From Rikenellaceae bacterium DTU002 (GTDB taxonomy: Bacteria; Bacteroidota; Bacteroidia; Bacteroidales; UBA932): a DNA stretch of 64,000 nucleotides. The stretch covers positions 26,486 to 90,485 of the forward strand of contig LFSY01000101.1 of assembly GCA_001512865.1 (NCBI GenBank), given 5' to 3'. Each line of letters begins with the position of its first letter. Position 1 is the first letter of the stretch. Of this stretch, positions 45,860-53,669 are shown piece by piece. Below the pieces are notes generated by a model that did no database searches, had not been told where the DNA came from, and saw nothing but the letters and a program-made list of their open reading frames with translations. A program made the translations under genes and the position numbers.

Positions 45860-47692
45860 ATGAAACGGAAAGTGGAATTGCTGGCACCTGCAAGAAACCT
45901 GGAATGTGCCATAGAGGCCGTCAACCACGGGGCAGATGCTGTGTACATGGGGGCAGACAGGTTCGGAGCGCGTTCAGCGGCAGGAAATCCTGCCGGGGAT
46001 ATTGAGCGGGCAGTCCTTTACGCGCATCGTTACGGAGCCAGGATCTTCATCACCATGAACACGCTTCTGTACGACAGGGAGCTTGAAGAAGCCGTTCGCA
46101 TGGCGCGGGATCTGTACAATGCAGGCGCCGACGCCCTGATCATCCAGGACATACGCCTGTTATACCTTCGCCGGGAACGTGTGCTGCCCCCGATTCCCTT
46201 ACACGCCAGTACACAAATGGACAATGCCACTTTGGAAAAAGTCCTGTATCTTCAAAAAGAGGGGTTTGAAAGGGTAGTGCTGGCCAGGGAACTTTCCCCC
46301 GTTCAAATGCATCAGATCAGGGAAAAGACCTGCGTGGAACTGGAATGTTTTGTGCACGGTGCCTTGTGTGTAAGCTACAGCGGCAAGTGTTATATCAGCC
46401 AGGAGGATTGCGGGCGAAGCGCCAACCGGGGTGATTGTGCCCAGTATTGCCGTTTGTCCTACGACCTGGAAGATGCCGGGGGAAATGTGATGGTAAGGAA
46501 CAGGCACCTGCTTTCACTCAGGGATATGGATCGCTCGGCACATCTGGAAGAATTGCTGGACGCAGGGATGGATTCACTCAAAATCGAAGGCCGTCTGAAA
46601 GACGTTTCGTATGTAAAAAACATAACGGCATATTACCGACAGAAACTGGACCAGCTGCAGGGGCAAAAAACCTCCCCGGGGAGCTGTACCTTCTTTTTTA
46701 CCCCCGATCCCAGAAAAACCTTTCACCGGGACAAGACCGCTTATTTCCCGGAAAACGGACGTTTTACTTCGCCTGTGCACCAGTGGCACACGCCAAAGTC
46801 AACCGGTGAATATCTGGGGAAGGTAGGCCGTGTTTTTCAGGGTGGCTTTGAAACCGAAGCTGTTGTGAATACAGGGGACGGGCTTTGTTTTACCCTTCCT
46901 GACGGCACTTTTTCAGGTTTTGCCGTAAACCGTGTCGAGGGAAAACGTGTTTACCGGGAAGGGACCTCCCCGGAACCCGGGATGGACCTGTACAGAAATT
47001 TTGACCGGTTGTTTGATAAAATGCTGAAAGGAAAAACGGCGGAGCGCCGGATGGACCTGGACATTGAATTATCCGCCCCGGACGGCCGGTGCTCCCTGAC
47101 CCTGCGCAGGGAGGCGCTCCCCGGCGAACAGCCCGACATGGTAACCGTGTGGATGGACACGCCACTCCGGGAGGCGCTGGACCCCGTTCAGGGAAGGGAT
47201 TTTTTGGCAGCGACAGCAGCCCGGCTGGGAAACACCCCGTACCGGGCGGCCAGGGTTACTTTTCAGCCTGCAGACTTCCCCTGGTTTATCCCTGCTTCTG
47301 CCGTGGCGAGGGCAAAACGGGAAGCCCTGGACCGGATGGATCAATTGGTCCGGCGCAATGCCCGCGGAAATCGCGACACGGTAAGTCAGGCATGGTCCGG
47401 TCAGGATCCGGTGCAGGTTTTGAAAAAGGCATACCCTTCCACTTCATTTCTGACAGCAGCTACTCCTGTGGGAGAAGATACCCCGATGATGGTATCCAGG
47501 TATTGCCTGAAGCAGGTCCTGGGTTATTGTCCGCGGGAAAAAGGAAATTCCGGAAAGATTCTACAGGAGCCTCTTTTCCTTGTCAGGGGACAGAAACGGT
47601 TTCCCGTTACTTTTGATTGTCAGGCGTGTCTTATGTTTGTGGGCAGGGCGATATCCAGCAACCTGGCCAGACCCCAGGACAGGAAAAAGTAG
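45860..47692 (+). CDS. Peptidase U32-family protein, long form with a C-terminal extension
   Basis: 610 aa. The U32 signature is ECFVHGALCVSYSGKCYIS. N-terminus is VELLAPARNLECAIEAVNHGADAVYMG. The last 73 nt overlap the convergent gene. Confidence 0.88.
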   Translation: MKRKVELLAPARNLECAIEAVNHGADAVYMGADRFGARSAAGNPAGDIERAVLYAHRYGARIFITMNTLLYDRELEEAVRMARDLYNAGADALIIQDIRLLYLRRERVLPPIPLHASTQMDNATLEKVLYLQKEGFERVVLARELSPVQMHQIREKTCVELECFVHGALCVSYSGKCYISQEDCGRSANRGDCAQYCRLSYDLEDAGGNVMVRNRHLLSLRDMDRSAHLEELLDAGMDSLKIEGRLKDVSYVKNITAYYRQKLDQLQGQKTSPGSCTFFFTPDPRKTFHRDKTAYFPENGRFTSPVHQWHTPKSTGEYLGKVGRVFQGGFETEAVVNTGDGLCFTLPDGTFSGFAVNRVEGKRVYREGTSPEPGMDLYRNFDRLFDKMLKGKTAERRMDLDIELSAPDGRCSLTLRREALPGEQPDMVTVWMDTPLREALDPVQGRDFLAATAARLGNTPYRAARVTFQPADFPWFIPASAVARAKREALDRMDQLVRRNARGNRDTVSQAWSGQDPVQVLKKAYPSTSFLTAATPVGEDTPMMVSRYCLKQVLGYCPREKGNSGKILQEPLFLVRGQKRFPVTFDCQACLMFVGRAISSNLARPQDRKK

Positions 47693-49107
47693 ATGACCGA
47701 GATTACTATCAGGGGAAAGAACGCATCAAAAGTGCGGCTGCGGATCAGGTCGCTGGCCTTTGTCAGGTCCTGTACGGCAATATAACCCACAATCGATGTC
47801 AGTTTGGTAAGGGCGATCAGCTCTCCTTTGTAAACGGGATAGACCTGTTTTATGGCCTGTGGAAGGACTATTTGTATAAAGGCCCCTGCCCTGCTGAAAC
47901 CAAGTGCGATGCCGGCCTCTGTCTGTCCCGTGGGAACAGACTGTATGGCAGAACGGAACATTTCCGAAACGTAGGCTCCGAATATCAGGGAAAAGGTGAT
48001 CACTGAAACGGTGACGCCGTTCATGCTGGTAGAAGCGAAAAAGACGTAAAACATCAGCATCAGCAGTACGACCTGGGGAATGCCCCTGAAAAATGAAATG
48101 TAACCTGAGGCGGCAATACGCGCGATCTTCATACGGCTCATACGAAGAAAACAGATGATTGCCCCCATCAGGGTGCCTCCCAATATGGACAGGAACGCTA
48201 CAAGGAGCGTAGCTTTGAGGCCGTCCCACAGGAGCAGGTATCGCTTATCGAGGATCAGGTTGTTATAGAATCGTTCTGTAAGATCCTGGCTTTTCTTCCC
48301 AATCACCGAACCGTGTTCCAACCTGTTCCGCAAAGTAAGCATGGAGGAATAAGTGGTCAGGTATGTGTCTGAAAAAGAATATTTTGCGGATCGTTCTTCT
48401 GTAACCATTATGTAGTTGGCCATCATATCCATCTTTCCCGCCGACATGCCTGCCAGCATGCCGGAAAAATCCGAAATGACAAAAACAGGCTTTTTCCCCA
48501 ACCAGGCTGCAAAACGGCGGGTCATTTCAATATCGAAACCTGCGGGACGGTTGTTCTGGTAAAAGGTGAAAGGAACGTCCATGCAGGTGGTTCCGATACG
48601 TAAGATTTCCTGACTTTCCAAGCTCTCGGGGAACGCAGGCATGGAACCCCCTGTTTTTTCCAGCCACCTTTCCTCCATTTGTTCCAGGATGCCGTTCTCC
48701 CTTATCTGGCTGAGGAACGCGTTAAATTTCGGAAGCAGTGTTGTGTCGTTCAGCCGGAATCCCACAGATACAGAGGTGGCAGCGACCTGTTGATCCAGAA
48801 AAGCCATGTCCGGGGCTTCTTCCAGAATATAAACACATGCCGGATAAGCCAGGAACACGACATCGCAGTCCCCGTTCCTCAATAGAGAGAGCAGGTCGGT
48901 GGTGTTGTTCAGGGGGATGATGCGGGCATTCGGGAAACGTTCTCTTGCATAGTTTTCCTGCCAGGTGGCTATCAGTACCCCAATTCCGATTTCTTTCCTG
49001 TCAAGGTCTTCCAACGACCGGAGGGGGATCTGGCCGTACAGTGTGCAAGGGCCTGCCGTCATATACAGCAACACAATCAGAAGAAATTTTCCTGCCAGGC
49101 GAGCCAT
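47620..49107 (-). CDS. Fusion protein: amino-acid-type substrate-binding domain (apparently circularly permuted) plus ABC transporter permease
   Basis: 495 aa with a signal/anchor. Residues ~29-155 resemble the C-terminal part of class-II amino-acid SBPs. Residues ~166-262 resemble the N-terminal part. Residues ~285-495 are a HisM/GlnP-type permease with an EAA loop (TEAGIALGFSRAGAFIQIVLPQA). Confidence 0.8.
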   Translation of the reverse strand: MARLAGKFLLIVLLYMTAGPCTLYGQIPLRSLEDLDRKEIGIGVLIATWQENYARERFPNARIIPLNNTTDLLSLLRNGDCDVVFLAYPACVYILEEAPDMAFLDQQVAATSVSVGFRLNDTTLLPKFNAFLSQIRENGILEQMEERWLEKTGGSMPAFPESLESQEILRIGTTCMDVPFTFYQNNRPAGFDIEMTRRFAAWLGKKPVFVISDFSGMLAGMSAGKMDMMANYIMVTEERSAKYSFSDTYLTTYSSMLTLRNRLEHGSVIGKKSQDLTERFYNNLILDKRYLLLWDGLKATLLVAFLSILGGTLMGAIICFLRMSRMKIARIAASGYISFFRGIPQVVLLMLMFYVFFASTSMNGVTVSVITFSLIFGAYVSEMFRSAIQSVPTGQTEAGIALGFSRAGAFIQIVLPQAIKQVYPVYKGELIALTKLTSIVGYIAVQDLTKASDLIRSRTFDAFFPLIVISVIYFFLSWGLARLLDIALPTNIRHA

Positions 49108-49108
49108 C

Positions 49109-50083
49109 TTATTTTTTTTGAAAGGGTTTGCGGACTGACATCCCCGGCAGCCGGGACAGAAGGACGCCTGAAATGATCAGGATCAACCCCGTAATGGTGG
49201 AAGGATAAACGGGTTCTCCCAGGATGTAATGGATCAGGATGAGCGAGAGGAAGGGGAATATGTAGATAAGGGAGCTGACTGCTGCCGTGTTTTTTGCCAG
49301 TTTCAGTGCTTTAAGCCAGATGACGAAAGGTACCGCCATTTCAAATATGCCGATATAGATGCCGGAAAGAATGCTCCTGGCCGAAACCTGTGTGACACCG
49401 GCCATGGTTTTACCTGAGGGTGTCAGCTGGACGATAAGTACGAAAACCGCAACATAGATCCAGGCAAAAAGAAAATTCAAGAAAAGGGAAATGTCATCGG
49501 GCAGTCTGTTTTTCATGTTCAGCAGAAAATACACCGCCCACAGGAAGGCGCTTCCCAGGGCAAGTATCACTCCCAGGGGATCTTTGACAGACAGGCCTTC
49601 CCGGAATATGGAGAGCGGGTCTCCCTGCAGGGCGATGAACAGCGCGCCGGTAAAGCTGATGATCATGGCCAGTATGCCTATCCATCTGATCTTCTGACCC
49701 AGGATGGGTATCGATAGAAGTACCAGGATCAGGGGCCATATCATATTCAGGGCCTGGGCCACCTGGGCCGGTAGCAGGCTGTATGCCTTGAACAGGATCA
49801 GGTAGTACAGAAAAGGATTGATCAGGCCCAGGAAAGCGGCCCTTTTCCATGCATGCCAGGGGACAGAAAGAAAATCGCCACGTTTTCCTCCCGCGTACAA
49901 CAGCAGGAATAACGTGGCGATAGCGGATGTCGTTGCGATCAGGAGCAGGACAGCGGGAGAAAGATCCGCAAGGGCCCATTTGAAAGCAGTGGCCACAGTG
50001 GACCAGCATGCGATGGCAACGGCGGCGTAAAAAACGGCCGACTTGCGGAGTGTTTCTGCTATTTTGCTACCTTTTCCAGCCAT
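49109..50083 (-). CDS. EamA/DMT-family transporter
   Basis: 324 aa with ten predicted TM helices in two EamA-like repeats. The stop lies 1 nt before the downstream start, and the start overlaps the POT gene by 25 nt. Confidence 0.8.
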   Translation of the reverse strand: MAGKGSKIAETLRKSAVFYAAVAIACWSTVATAFKWALADLSPAVLLLIATTSAIATLFLLLYAGGKRGDFLSVPWHAWKRAAFLGLINPFLYYLILFKAYSLLPAQVAQALNMIWPLILVLLSIPILGQKIRWIGILAMIISFTGALFIALQGDPLSIFREGLSVKDPLGVILALGSAFLWAVYFLLNMKNRLPDDISLFLNFLFAWIYVAVFVLIVQLTPSGKTMAGVTQVSARSILSGIYIGIFEMAVPFVIWLKALKLAKNTAAVSSLIYIFPFLSLILIHYILGEPVYPSTITGLILIISGVLLSRLPGMSVRKPFQKK

Positions 50084-51597
50084 TTAACCATAGACAGCAT
50101 AGTGATCATGGAGATCAGGCATACTACAACAAATACTGTCCATGTGGCCCACAAGGGAATGTTGGAATACATCAGGCCGCCAATAAAGAGCAGCTGATTT
50201 CCGACGGCAGTGGCGGCCAGCCAGCCTCCCTGCATCAGTCCCTGCATGTGAGGCGGAGCGACTTTCGATACGAACGAAAGTCCGAGCGGGCTAATGAACA
50301 ACTCGGCAACGGTCAAAACAAAATAGGTTGATATCAGAATGAACGGGCCGACTTTGGCGGATTGTTCCAGGCCTCCGGCTGCTTTTACGTCACTGAAAAG
50401 GGGAAGGTTAACCGATGCAATGGTCATGATCAGGTAAGCGGCAGCGGCAATTCCCATACCAATGGCGATCTTCTTGGGAGTGGACGGTTCAATTCCTTTC
50501 TTGTTCAGCCAGGAGAAGAATGGCACAATCAAAAGCGTCAGTAATACTACAAACAGAGGATTAACGGATTGGAACATTTCTGCGCCTACGATACGCGTAA
50601 ACCCAAGATCGATGTCGATCATGCTCAGATCGGTGTAGTCCCGGGCGAAGAACGTCAGCGACAGACCGTTCTGGTGGAACGAGAACCAGAAGAAGATCAC
50701 GATCCCGAATACGGCGAACAATGCGATCAGGCGGCGTTTCACCTCGGCCACATCCATTTTGGTGACTTTTGCAGCGGGATTGTCATCTGTGGCGATGCCG
50801 TCTTTCTTCACATCGGGCAACCTGTTCTTGGTGGCCAGGAAGATGACCAGGGAAATGACCATGGCCACGATAGCCACGAAGAAGGCATAGTGGAACCCGG
50901 TATTGAATACGTCCAGGTACCTGTCCGCAAAGGCTGCCAGATCTGCCACGGGACCCTGGTTGGCTTCTACAGCGGCTAATGAAAATTTTTCCAGGGCTTC
51001 ACCGGTGATTTCGTTGGCACGGAACTGATGACAAAGCGCCGGCAATTCGGCATTGTACACCAGGTTGTGTGATTGCAGCCACCAGTTTCTTACGGCAATG
51101 GCAAAGAACGGGGCAAAAATGGCTCCGATGTTGATGAACATGTAAAAGATCTGGAATCCGGTGTCCCGTTTTCCGGAGTATCTGGGATTGTCATACATTT
51201 GTCCTACGACAGCCTGCAGATTCCCTTTGAAAAGACCGTTCCCGAAAGCAATGGTAAACAGGCCCACGCAGGTAAGGGTCAGGTAAAGTGCCAGACTGGG
51301 TACGGGAGTCGGTGTGGGAAACCCAACGATCAGATAGCCTGCCGCCATCAGGATAATCCCTGTAAGAATGGTCCCCTTGTAATTCTTTGTTCTATCGGCA
51401 ATAATACCCCCAACCAGTGCCAGAATGTAGATCAGGGCATAAAATATGGCGTAAATTATTCCGGTCGTTGTTTCATCCAGGCCGAATTTTGCCGATATAA
51501 ACAGAGACAGGATCGCCATCATGGTGTAAAAACCGAAGCGTTCGCCCATATTGGCCAGCGCGGCGGCAATCAATCCTTTGGGTTGTCCTTTGAACAT
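50059..51597 (-). CDS. Proton-dependent oligopeptide transporter (POT/PTR2 family, DtpT-like)
   Basis: 512 aa. The N-terminus QPKGLIAAALANMGERFGFYTMMAIL contains the ExxERFxYY-type motif. MFS topology. Confidence 0.9.
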   Translation of the reverse strand: MFKGQPKGLIAAALANMGERFGFYTMMAILSLFISAKFGLDETTTGIIYAIFYALIYILALVGGIIADRTKNYKGTILTGIILMAAGYLIVGFPTPTPVPSLALYLTLTCVGLFTIAFGNGLFKGNLQAVVGQMYDNPRYSGKRDTGFQIFYMFINIGAIFAPFFAIAVRNWWLQSHNLVYNAELPALCHQFRANEITGEALEKFSLAAVEANQGPVADLAAFADRYLDVFNTGFHYAFFVAIVAMVISLVIFLATKNRLPDVKKDGIATDDNPAAKVTKMDVAEVKRRLIALFAVFGIVIFFWFSFHQNGLSLTFFARDYTDLSMIDIDLGFTRIVGAEMFQSVNPLFVVLLTLLIVPFFSWLNKKGIEPSTPKKIAIGMGIAAAAYLIMTIASVNLPLFSDVKAAGGLEQSAKVGPFILISTYFVLTVAELFISPLGLSFVSKVAPPHMQGLMQGGWLAATAVGNQLLFIGGLMYSNIPLWATWTVFVVVCLISMITMLSMVKWLEKVAK

Positions 51598-51626
51598 ATA
51601 AGGTTATTTTTTTGGTTTATATCCGG

Positions 51627-51634
51627 CAAAAATA
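51627..51634 (-). promoter_or_regulatory. -7 promoter box (TATTTTTG on the minus strand) for the POT-EamA-permease operon
   Basis: Exact TAnnTTTG match read on the minus strand, 29 nt upstream of the ATG at 51597. Confidence 0.5.
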
Positions 51635-51646
51635 CAATAAATTTGG

Positions 51647-51654
51647 TAACTTTG
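51647..51654 (+). promoter_or_regulatory. -7 promoter box (TAACTTTG) for the acyltransferase operon
   Basis: Exact TAnnTTTG match, 7 nt upstream of the ATG at 51662. Confidence 0.5.
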
Positions 51655-51661
51655 TTTGCTT

Positions 51662-52612
51662 ATGAAGGCCATATTTTCGCAGATTGGATTTTTAATTGTA
51701 TACGTGATAATCTGCCTGGTGAGCTTGTTGCCGTTACCGTTGCTTTATGGCCTTTCCCTTGTCCTGATCGTGCTCCCCATGCGGATCGCCGGGTACCGCC
51801 GCTCAGTTGTGATCACCAACCTGGCCAGGTCATTTCCGGAAAGGTCGTATGACGGGATACAACAAAATGTCAGGGATTTTTACCGGTACCTGGGCCGTCT
51901 GTTCGCTGAGACCGTGTGGCTTTTTACCGCTTCCCAGAAGAGCGTGATGAAAAGGTTTTCCATTGAAAACCCTGATTTGCTGGAAGGATTGCATCAAAAA
52001 GGGAAAAGCGTTGTGGTCATGCTCCCTCACATGGGCAACTGGGAATTTTTAAGGGCCTGCAGCTGCCCCCTTCAGGGAGATATCTGCGGGTACGGGCAGC
52101 AACAGTTGCACATGGTGTATCAAAAGGTAAATTCTCCGCTGTTTGACAAATTGATATACACCCTGCGCAACCGGTACAAAACGGGCTGGAAGATCCTGGA
52201 AAGCAAAAGCGCGGCACGCTTTATGGCGCGTCACAGGGATGTTCCCGGGATTTATGCCATGGTATCGGATCAATGTCCCGGTCCGTCGGGAAAAAGCATC
52301 CCGGTTTTTTTTCTTGGACAGCCCACGCTGATGATCGAAGGGCCCGAGGCACTGGCGCGCAAATTCGGATTCGCCGTGGTCTACGGTGTGATGATACAGG
52401 TTCACAGGGGCAGGTATGTTCTTCGGTTCTCTCCGATCACAGAAAATGCGGCACTTTCGGGAGAGGGCGAAGTCACCCGGGAGTTTGCGCGGTTGTTGGA
52501 ACAGGATATCAGACAAACACCACATTTGTGGCTATGGAGCCATAAACGGTGGAAACGCACCCCACAGGACAAGGCGCGATATTTGCATAAAGACAATAAC
52601 TTACAGATATGA
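51662..52612 (+). CDS. Lipid A biosynthesis (LpxL/HtrB-like) lysophospholipid acyltransferase-family protein
   Basis: About 316 aa with an N-terminal TM segment. The HMGNWE (Hx4E/D) catalytic motif is typical of late acyltransferases. The ATG at 51662 is preferred over the TTG at 51656. Confidence 0.8.
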   Translation: MKAIFSQIGFLIVYVIICLVSLLPLPLLYGLSLVLIVLPMRIAGYRRSVVITNLARSFPERSYDGIQQNVRDFYRYLGRLFAETVWLFTASQKSVMKRFSIENPDLLEGLHQKGKSVVVMLPHMGNWEFLRACSCPLQGDICGYGQQQLHMVYQKVNSPLFDKLIYTLRNRYKTGWKILESKSAARFMARHRDVPGIYAMVSDQCPGPSGKSIPVFFLGQPTLMIEGPEALARKFGFAVVYGVMIQVHRGRYVLRFSPITENAALSGEGEVTREFARLLEQDIRQTPHLWLWSHKRWKRTPQDKARYLHKDNNLQI

Positions 52613-53658
52613 AAAAGCTGATCATAATTTTACTGGCAGTATGCCTCTGGGTTCCCATGCAGGGACAGCCCGTTTCTCAGGGACAGCAGATTCCCCAGGG
52701 AGCTGTTGTGTACAGTCTTCCGCGCACGTGTGTCCGCATTGTGGCCGAAGCTCAATATACAAGCTTTAATCCGGGCCCTTACGCCCGTTATGCAAGAAAA
52801 TTTCTGGGAATTGATGCGGGACAGAACAGGACGCTTACCTATGAACTGTCACGTATCGAGATGACCCCTATGCTCGAGGCGGATCCCCACCGGCTTTATG
52901 TGGTCAATCTGACATCGGGCAACGCGGAACCCTGGTTCCTGCAACTGACATCACAAGGTCTTGTGATGCTTTCGGACACTTATGCTGCAAGGGAAAACAA
53001 ATGGAGATTTCCTTCCATAGACGGATCGCCGGATTTGTCGGATGCCGGGATAATTGAAAACCTTAAAGAAGAACGGACCACACTGTACCGTTCCCAGGTC
53101 AGTGGCCGCGAAGTATCTGCCATTCCCGTACAGCAGACCCAGCTGGTGGAAAAAACACCGGAACAGAGGGCCGAAGAAGCGGCCCGCAATATCTTCCGTT
53201 TGCGCAATATGCGTGATGCCATCATTACGGGAGACACCGATGCCGTTTACAGCGGTGAAGCCATGGGGGCTGCCGTAAATGAAATGAGGCGCATGGAAGA
53301 AGAATACCTTCGCCTGTTCCTGGGCGAAACGACTACAGGCAAGACGCATCTGTCGGTTGATGTCCTTCCTGATGCGGATCAGACCCGTTACATTGCATTT
53401 CGTTTTTCCGAAACCGAAGGACTTTTGCCCGCCAACAATGTAGGAGGCCGTCCCATTTTGCTGGAAACGGAAACAGATGCACAGGAGGTTTTCCCGAACC
53501 TTCAGACCGATGAAAGCCGCATCCGCTCCGGGACACGTCTCTATTACCGGCAGCCGGTCATTACCCTGGTGCGTCTGACCGACGGCCAGAAGGAATTGCT
53601 GCAGGCGCGTATTCCCATTTACCAGAAAGGACCCGTTTTGAATTTTATTATTAACTAA
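52609..53658 (+). CDS. Secreted protein of unknown function (possibly DUF4831-like)
   Basis: 349 aa with a signal peptide. The ATGA junction overlaps the acyltransferase stop. The family assignment is a recollection and was not searched. Confidence 0.5.
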   Translation: MKKLIIILLAVCLWVPMQGQPVSQGQQIPQGAVVYSLPRTCVRIVAEAQYTSFNPGPYARYARKFLGIDAGQNRTLTYELSRIEMTPMLEADPHRLYVVNLTSGNAEPWFLQLTSQGLVMLSDTYAARENKWRFPSIDGSPDLSDAGIIENLKEERTTLYRSQVSGREVSAIPVQQTQLVEKTPEQRAEEAARNIFRLRNMRDAIITGDTDAVYSGEAMGAAVNEMRRMEEEYLRLFLGETTTGKTHLSVDVLPDADQTRYIAFRFSETEGLLPANNVGGRPILLETETDAQEVFPNLQTDESRIRSGTRLYYRQPVITLVRLTDGQKELLQARIPIYQKGPVLNFIIN

Positions 53659-53669
53659 AACATATTTTT

